From the NCBI GenBank assembly GCA_035531655.1, contig DATKSM010000047.1:20616-84615 (forward strand): a stretch of 64,000 bases of DNA. Reading direction: 5' to 3'. The notes under the pieces are model-generated. The model was given only the letters and a program-made list of their open reading frames with translations, made no database searches and was not told the origin of the DNA. Of the stretch, positions 58,893-64,000 are shown piece by piece; position 1 is the first letter of the stretch; every line of letters begins with the position of its first letter. The translations under genes were made by a program, and so were the position numbers. The DNA comes from Solirubrobacteraceae bacterium (lineage in GTDB: Bacteria; Actinomycetota; Thermoleophilia; Solirubrobacterales; Solirubrobacteraceae).

Positions 58893-60452
58893 TCAGCGGT
58901 AGTAAAGGCTCACGTTAATCGGCGACGCCCACCCGAACGTACGCAGGGTGCTGTTCGGGTAAAGCTGCGCAAAACCCCGTTCCAGCTGCCGGTAGCGCGT
59001 GAGGTTCGTGCGTGATCGAGCGGTCCCGTGCGCCTGCCCCTCATGGGTGCCGATCAGCCACACTCGCGGGCATTCTCTCGCGATGCGGGGTGGGCGGGCA
59101 CGGATCGCATCGAGCGTGCCGTAGCCGTACACCTCGACGAACGGCCTGACGTGGGTCCAGGCGACACTCGGCAGGATCGGCCGCAGGCTCGGCGCCGGAT
59201 TCCCCCGCGGCTGGCCCAGCTCCCGCAGGTAGTAGTCGAATGGCTCGCGCCCGTCCTGCGGATAGAAGGCGACGCAGGCCGGCTGAGCGGCAGGTGTGGC
59301 GGCAACCACGTAGGCGGTCACCTCGTTCCAGGGCTCGGATGAGACGCCGTAGCTGGGCAGCAGCTGCGCGAGGCGCAGCACCAGCAGCGCAGCACACAGC
59401 CACAGTCCAAGGCTCGGCGCCAACCCCGCCTGCAGCAGCATCCAGGCCAGCAACAGTGCCAGAGCCGGCATCACCAGGATCGTGATGCGCGACAGCTCGA
59501 TCGGCTCGCCCGCGGCGTACAGCACGAGCGCGACCACCGACGGCACCACCGCCCAGGAAAGGACCAGCAGCAGCGGCCCGGACCGCAGTCGACGGCCCGC
59601 CGGCAGCGCGGCGCGTGCGGCCAGCACGATCGCAGCTACGACGGCCACAGCTGTCACGGCCTCCGTCACGAGCGTGGTCGAGGTGTAATGGAGGTTCGGT
59701 GGCATGCCGGCCGAAAGCAGCGTCACCCCCGCCTGCTGCGCGATCGGCCAGCTGATCGGCATCACCCAGAAGAGCTGCCCGGAGCCGCGCTGCGCAGCGA
59801 GCACGAGTAGTGGCACGCATAGCATGAGCACCAGCGCCAGGCAGCCGATCACGAGCCGTGCGCGTACCCGGAAGACGAGCAGCAGCGCCACTTGCGCCGG
59901 GATCAGCAGCGCCACGTCGTAGCCGACGTACAGCGCCGCCAGCGTGGTCAGCACGTATGCGGAGATCGCACTCCTGGACGGCCGGTCATGTGCGGGCGTC
60001 TGCAGGATTGCCGCGAGCGCCAGGAACGAGCCCACGCTCAACGTCACCAGCAGCGCATAACCGCGGGCGTCCTGGCCCCAGAACACGAGCGGCAGGCTGA
60101 TCACGGTGAGCAGGCCCGCCGCATACGCCAGGCGCCTGTCGGCGAAAAGACGCAAGGCGATCGCCGCCACCAAACCTCCCGTCACCGCGTTCGCCACCAC
60201 CGACGGCAGCCGCAGCACCCACGCCGCGTGCCCGAACCAGGCGATCACGACATGCATCAGCAGGTAGTAGGCGATCATGTTGCCGCCGTCGTGCTCGACC
60301 GCGTGCCGCAGCGCGGAACCGTGCTGAGAGGCAATCGCGAAGGTCGAGCCCTCGTCGAGCCAGAGGCTGCGGGTGTCGAGCCCGATCGCCGTCACGGCAG
60401 CGCCAGCGGCCACCGCGATCGCGATCGGGAGCAGGTCGGTCAGCCGCTTCAC
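58893..60452 (-). CDS. GT-C glycosyltransferase (GT39-like)
   Basis: SLWLDEG, YYLLMH, LRLPS, QDARGYAL. Confidence 0.85.
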   Translation of the reverse strand: MKRLTDLLPIAIAVAAGAAVTAIGLDTRSLWLDEGSTFAIASQHGSALRHAVEHDGGNMIAYYLLMHVVIAWFGHAAWVLRLPSVVANAVTGGLVAAIALRLFADRRLAYAAGLLTVISLPLVFWGQDARGYALLVTLSVGSFLALAAILQTPAHDRPSRSAISAYVLTTLAALYVGYDVALLIPAQVALLLVFRVRARLVIGCLALVLMLCVPLLVLAAQRGSGQLFWVMPISWPIAQQAGVTLLSAGMPPNLHYTSTTLVTEAVTAVAVVAAIVLAARAALPAGRRLRSGPLLLVLSWAVVPSVVALVLYAAGEPIELSRITILVMPALALLLAWMLLQAGLAPSLGLWLCAALLVLRLAQLLPSYGVSSEPWNEVTAYVVAATPAAQPACVAFYPQDGREPFDYYLRELGQPRGNPAPSLRPILPSVAWTHVRPFVEVYGYGTLDAIRARPPRIARECPRVWLIGTHEGQAHGTARSRTNLTRYRQLERGFAQLYPNSTLRTFGWASPINVSLYYR

Positions 60453-60496
60453 CGGCGTGAAGCTAGCGGGAGATGCGGATCAGCGGGAGAAGCGAA

Positions 60497-61840
60497 TCAG
60501 CGGCCTGAGCGGATCATCCCGGCGCCGACCGTGTCGTTGGTCGACTCGTCGATCAGGATGAAGCTGCCGGTCGTGCGATTCCGCGAGTACGGATCGACGA
60601 CCAGCGGCGTACTGCTGCGCAGATGGACGCGGCCGATCTCGTTGAGCCGCAGCTCGGTCGCGTCGGGATCGCGGTCGAGCGAATTCACGTCGACGCGGTA
60701 CTCGAGCTTGTCGATCACAGCGCGCGCCGAGCGCGTCGTGTGGTTGATCACGTAGCGCCCGCCGGGCTGCATCGGCGACTCGCTCATCCAGCAGACCATC
60801 GCCTCGAAGTCGCGCGCAACGGTCGGCGCCTCGTCGGCGTCGACGATCATGTCGCCGCGCGAGATGTCGATCTCGTCCTCGAGTCGCAGCGTCACCGCCA
60901 TCGTCGGGAAGGCGACGTCGAGCTCACCGTCATAGGTGTCGATCGTCCTGATCTTGGTCCGGCGGCCGCTCGGCAGCACAACCACCTCGCTGCCCGGGCG
61001 GATCACGCCGGCGGCGAGTTGGCCCGCATAGCCGCGATAGTCGTGGTGCTCATCGTTCATCGGCCGGATCACCCACTGGACCGGGAAACGGACGTCGTCC
61101 ATGTCACGATCGGTCGCGATCACCACGTGCTCAAGGTGGTAGAGCAGGGACGAGCCCTGATACCAGGGCATCTCCGCCGAGCGCTCGACGACGTTGTCGC
61201 CCTTCAGCGCCGAGATCGGGATGAACTGGATGTCGGGCAGTGCCAGGCGCGTCGCCCAATCGGTGAAGTCGGCGACGATCTCGTCGAAGACGCCCTCCGC
61301 GTAGTCGACGAGGTCCATCTTGTTGACGGCAACGACCATGTGCGGTATCCGCAGCAGCGAAGCGATGAAGGCGTGCCGGCGGGTCTGCTCGCTGACGCCG
61401 TGGCGGGCGTCGATCAGCACGATCGAGACGTCGGCTGTCGAAGCGCCGGTGACCATGTTGCGCGTGTACTGCTCGTGCCCCGGGGTGTCGGCGATGATGA
61501 ACTTGCGCCCGCCTCTGAAGCCCTCGGGCGGATCGAGCGTCGCGGCGCCGTTGCCGTTGACGCCGGCGATTGCCGCGGCGCCGGCGGCGGCGCCGGTCTG
61601 GAAATAGCGGTAGGCGACGTCGATCGTGATCCCCTGCTCGCGCTCGGCACGCAGGCCATCGGTCAGCAGCGCCAGGTTGAGATACCCGTCACCGCGACGC
61701 TCGGAGGTCTCGGCGACGTGCTCGAGCTGGTCCTCGAGGATCGACTTGGTGTCGTGCAGCAACCGCCCGATCAGCGTCGACTTGCCGTCGTCGACAGATC
61801 CGGCCGTGGCGAGCCGCAGCAGCTCACTGGAGGGCTTCAT
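60497..61840 (-). CDS. cysN: Sulfate adenylyltransferase subunit 1
   Basis: GSVDDGKST, EREQGITIDVAYRYF, DTPGH, NKMD; no APS kinase domain. Confidence 0.97.
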   Translation of the reverse strand: MKPSSELLRLATAGSVDDGKSTLIGRLLHDTKSILEDQLEHVAETSERRGDGYLNLALLTDGLRAEREQGITIDVAYRYFQTGAAAGAAAIAGVNGNGAATLDPPEGFRGGRKFIIADTPGHEQYTRNMVTGASTADVSIVLIDARHGVSEQTRRHAFIASLLRIPHMVVAVNKMDLVDYAEGVFDEIVADFTDWATRLALPDIQFIPISALKGDNVVERSAEMPWYQGSSLLYHLEHVVIATDRDMDDVRFPVQWVIRPMNDEHHDYRGYAGQLAAGVIRPGSEVVVLPSGRRTKIRTIDTYDGELDVAFPTMAVTLRLEDEIDISRGDMIVDADEAPTVARDFEAMVCWMSESPMQPGGRYVINHTTRSARAVIDKLEYRVDVNSLDRDPDATELRLNEIGRVHLRSSTPLVVDPYSRNRTTGSFILIDESTNDTVGAGMIRSGR

Positions 61841-61843
61841 GGA

Positions 61844-62800
61844 TTAGAAGTAGCCCTCGCGCTTGCGGTCTTCCATGGCCGCCTCGGTCACGCGGTCGTC
61901 GGCCCGGGTCTCGCCGCGCTCGGTTATGCGCGTGGCAGCGATCTCTGCGACGACGTCGGTCAGCGTCACGGCGGTCGAGCGCACAGCGCCGGTACATGTC
62001 ATGTCGCCGACCGTGCGGTAGCGGACCGAGGCCTCGAACGGGACCTCGCCGTCCATCAACTGGATATGCGGGTTGAGCGCGTAGAGCATGTGGTCGCGCT
62101 CGAACACCTCGCGCGTGTGCGCGTAGTAGATCGTGGGGACCTCGAGCTGCTCCTGGGCGATGTACTGCCAGACGTCCATCTCCGTCCAGTTCGAGATCGG
62201 GAAGACGCGGACGTGCTCGCCCTTGTGGATGCGGCCGTTGTAGAGCGACCACAGCTCGGGCCGCTGGTTCTTGGGATCCCACTGGCCGAAGTCATCGCGG
62301 AAGGAGAACACGCGCTCCTTGGCGCGGGCGCGCTCCTCGTCACGGCGGGCGCCACCGAAGGCTGCGTCGAAGCCGTGCTCGGCGAGCGCGTCCAACAGCG
62401 TCACGGTCTGCAGGCGGTTGCGCGAGGCGCGCGGGCCGGTCTCCTCGCGTGCGCGGCCGGCATCGATCGAGTCCTGAACGTTGGCGACGATCAAACGCTC
62501 TCCCAACTGCTCGACGAGCTGGTCGCGGAACCCAAGCACCTCAGGGAAGTTGTGACCGGTGTCGACGTGCATCACCGGGAACGGGAAGCGTCCGGGGCGG
62601 AACGCCTTCTCGGCAAGGCGCATCAGCACGATCGAGTCCTTGCCGCCGCTGAACAGCAGCACCGGCCGCTCGAACTGGGCGGCGACCTCCCGCATGATGA
62701 AGATCGACTCAGCTTCGAGCGTCTGCAGGTGCGAGAGCTCGTATTTGGGGCTTTCGGTCACGTCGGGTTCAGCCTGGGCAGTCACTGTCGCGGTTTGCAC
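61844..62800 (-). CDS. cysD: Sulfate adenylyltransferase subunit 2
   Basis: LEAESI, FSGGKDS, GGARRDEE, KNQRPELW, MEDRKREGYF. Confidence 0.97.
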   Translation of the reverse strand: MQTATVTAQAEPDVTESPKYELSHLQTLEAESIFIMREVAAQFERPVLLFSGGKDSIVLMRLAEKAFRPGRFPFPVMHVDTGHNFPEVLGFRDQLVEQLGERLIVANVQDSIDAGRAREETGPRASRNRLQTVTLLDALAEHGFDAAFGGARRDEERARAKERVFSFRDDFGQWDPKNQRPELWSLYNGRIHKGEHVRVFPISNWTEMDVWQYIAQEQLEVPTIYYAHTREVFERDHMLYALNPHIQLMDGEVPFEASVRYRTVGDMTCTGAVRSTAVTLTDVVAEIAATRITERGETRADDRVTEAAMEDRKREGYF

Positions 62801-62806
62801 GGTCGC

Positions 62807-63430
62807 CTACAGATGGATTCCGCACTCGGTCTTGTCGTCTCCCGCCCAGCGACCGTCGCGGCCGCTGCCGGGGAGCGTGCACGGGGCACAACCGATCGAA
62901 TCGTAGCCGTGGTCGTGCAGTTCGTTGTATGGCAGGTCGTGTTTGAAGATGTACGCCCAGACGTCCTTGCCGGTCCAGTCGGCCAGCGGGTTCAGCTTCC
63001 AGATGTCGCGCTTGGAGTCGCGCTCGAGCTTGGCCGACACCGCGCGCGTGGGTGACTGCTCACGCCGGATTCCCGTAACCCACGCCTCGACGCCTGAGAG
63101 GGCCTGCTCGAGCCCGTCGACCTTGGCCTGACCGCAGCAGTTGTCCTTGGTCCAGGGAGCGCCCGTGCTCGACGCGTCGATCACCTCGATGTCCAGGCCG
63201 AAGCGCTCCTCGAACCGCTTCCAGGTCGCGAGCGTCTCCGGGAACAGCACACCGGTGTCGATCGTGAACAGCTTCGCCTCGGGCGTGATCTCGCTCAGCA
63301 TGTGCGCGAGCACCGTCTCCTCCTTCTGGAAGGAGCAGGCGGTCTTCAGCCGTGGATGGAAATGCTCGACGCCGTAGGCGAGCACTTCCTGAGCGGTGGC
63401 GCGCTCAAGATCAGGGGTGGTGGTGGCCAC
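62807..63430 (-). CDS. cysH: APS reductase ([4Fe-4S] type CysH)
   Basis: IDTG, CC and SIGCAPC cluster ligands, GRW, ECGIH. Confidence 0.93.
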   Translation of the reverse strand: MATTTPDLERATAQEVLAYGVEHFHPRLKTACSFQKEETVLAHMLSEITPEAKLFTIDTGVLFPETLATWKRFEERFGLDIEVIDASSTGAPWTKDNCCGQAKVDGLEQALSGVEAWVTGIRREQSPTRAVSAKLERDSKRDIWKLNPLADWTGKDVWAYIFKHDLPYNELHDHGYDSIGCAPCTLPGSGRDGRWAGDDKTECGIHL

Positions 63431-63470
63431 TACGGAAGTTCAGGATACCGGTCGAAATGGTTGAAGCTGC

Positions 63471-64000
63471 CTATACGGCGCATTCGCCCTCACCGCGCTC
63501 GACGTGAAACGGCTGGTTCTTCGACCAGTCGATGAAGTAGTTGATGTTCTCCAGGGAGAACTCGATCGGCATCGAGAGGTCCTTTACGCGCTGCTCGAAC
63601 GCAGCCGTGCCAACGCGCGCAGCGAACGCGTTGAACTCCTCACCCGGCCCGCGGTCTGACTCGTAGAAGCGGATCCAGCGCTCGACGGCGTCCGGAACGC
63701 GCTTGGCCGGCAGACGGCTCTTGAGCCGGTCGCCGAAGCGCACCGCGCCGTTCTCATAGGACCCGCCGATGTGCGGAATGTAGGCCGGAATCGTGTGCTC
63801 GCCGACCTTCATCGAGGCGCCGTAGAAGCCAATCGTCGCGAGGTGGTGCTGGCTGCAGCCGTTGGGGCAGCCGCTCATTTTGATGTGGATCCTGCGTGTC
63901 AGCGGATCGGTGATGTCCATCTCGAGCAGGCGCTCCTGGACGGCGCGGTTGAGCCCCATCGAGCTGGTGATCCCGAGCTTGCACGAGTCCGTGCCGGGGC
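63471..64000 (-). CDS. Nitrite/sulfite reductase, C-terminal part (runs off window)
   Basis: PGTDSCKLG and KMSGCPNGC siroheme/Fe-S motifs; upstream of cysHDN. Confidence 0.92.
   Translation of the reverse strand, partial: PGTDSCKLGITSSMGLNRAVQERLLEMDITDPLTRRIHIKMSGCPNGCSQHHLATIGFYGASMKVGEHTIPAYIPHIGGSYENGAVRFGDRLKSRLPAKRVPDAVERWIRFYESDRGPGEEFNAFAARVGTAAFEQRVKDLSMPIEFSLENINYFIDWSKNQPFHVERGEGECAV

Noticed and set aside
61508-61594. Intein in CysN
   Set aside because: Too short and lacks the C/S start and HN end motifs.

Overview
High-GC chromosomal window of an actinobacterium; gene content and protein styles suggest Thermoleophilia/Solirubrobacterales (inference). About 64 CDS were called and no rRNA, tRNA, CRISPR array, integrase or transposase was found. 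Housekeeping genes: pyk, gltA, dcd, sucCD, an acyl-CoA carboxylase BC-BCCP subunit, cysHDN plus a partial sulfite reductase, gadB, LigC/Prim-Pol and a DtxR/MntR regulator. Main accessory features: (1) an intact, translationally coupled minimal type IV secretion/conjugation-like operon (37.6-43.7 kb: pilin-like, VirB6-like, SCO6880-like, VirB4-like, VirD4-like, DUF4913-like). It has no relaxase, integrase or cell-wall hydrolase nearby and is divergent from an ECF-sigma-hicA-hicB operon across a mirror-symmetric promoter region. (2) A GlnA4-type gamma-glutamylation cluster (21-30.4 kb) extended by a choline/ethanolamine kinase and a GcvT-family FAD demethylase, with a shared TAAGG-N13-CCTT candidate operator. 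(3) A GT-C glycosyltransferase / UGM-like flavoenzyme / Thr-rich membrane protein operon. (4) A near-consensus Fur/Zur box inside an ATPase-less peptide ABC operon. (5) A secreted protein with 14 Cys-paired repeats. All family assignments come from recognising motifs by eye; no database search was run.
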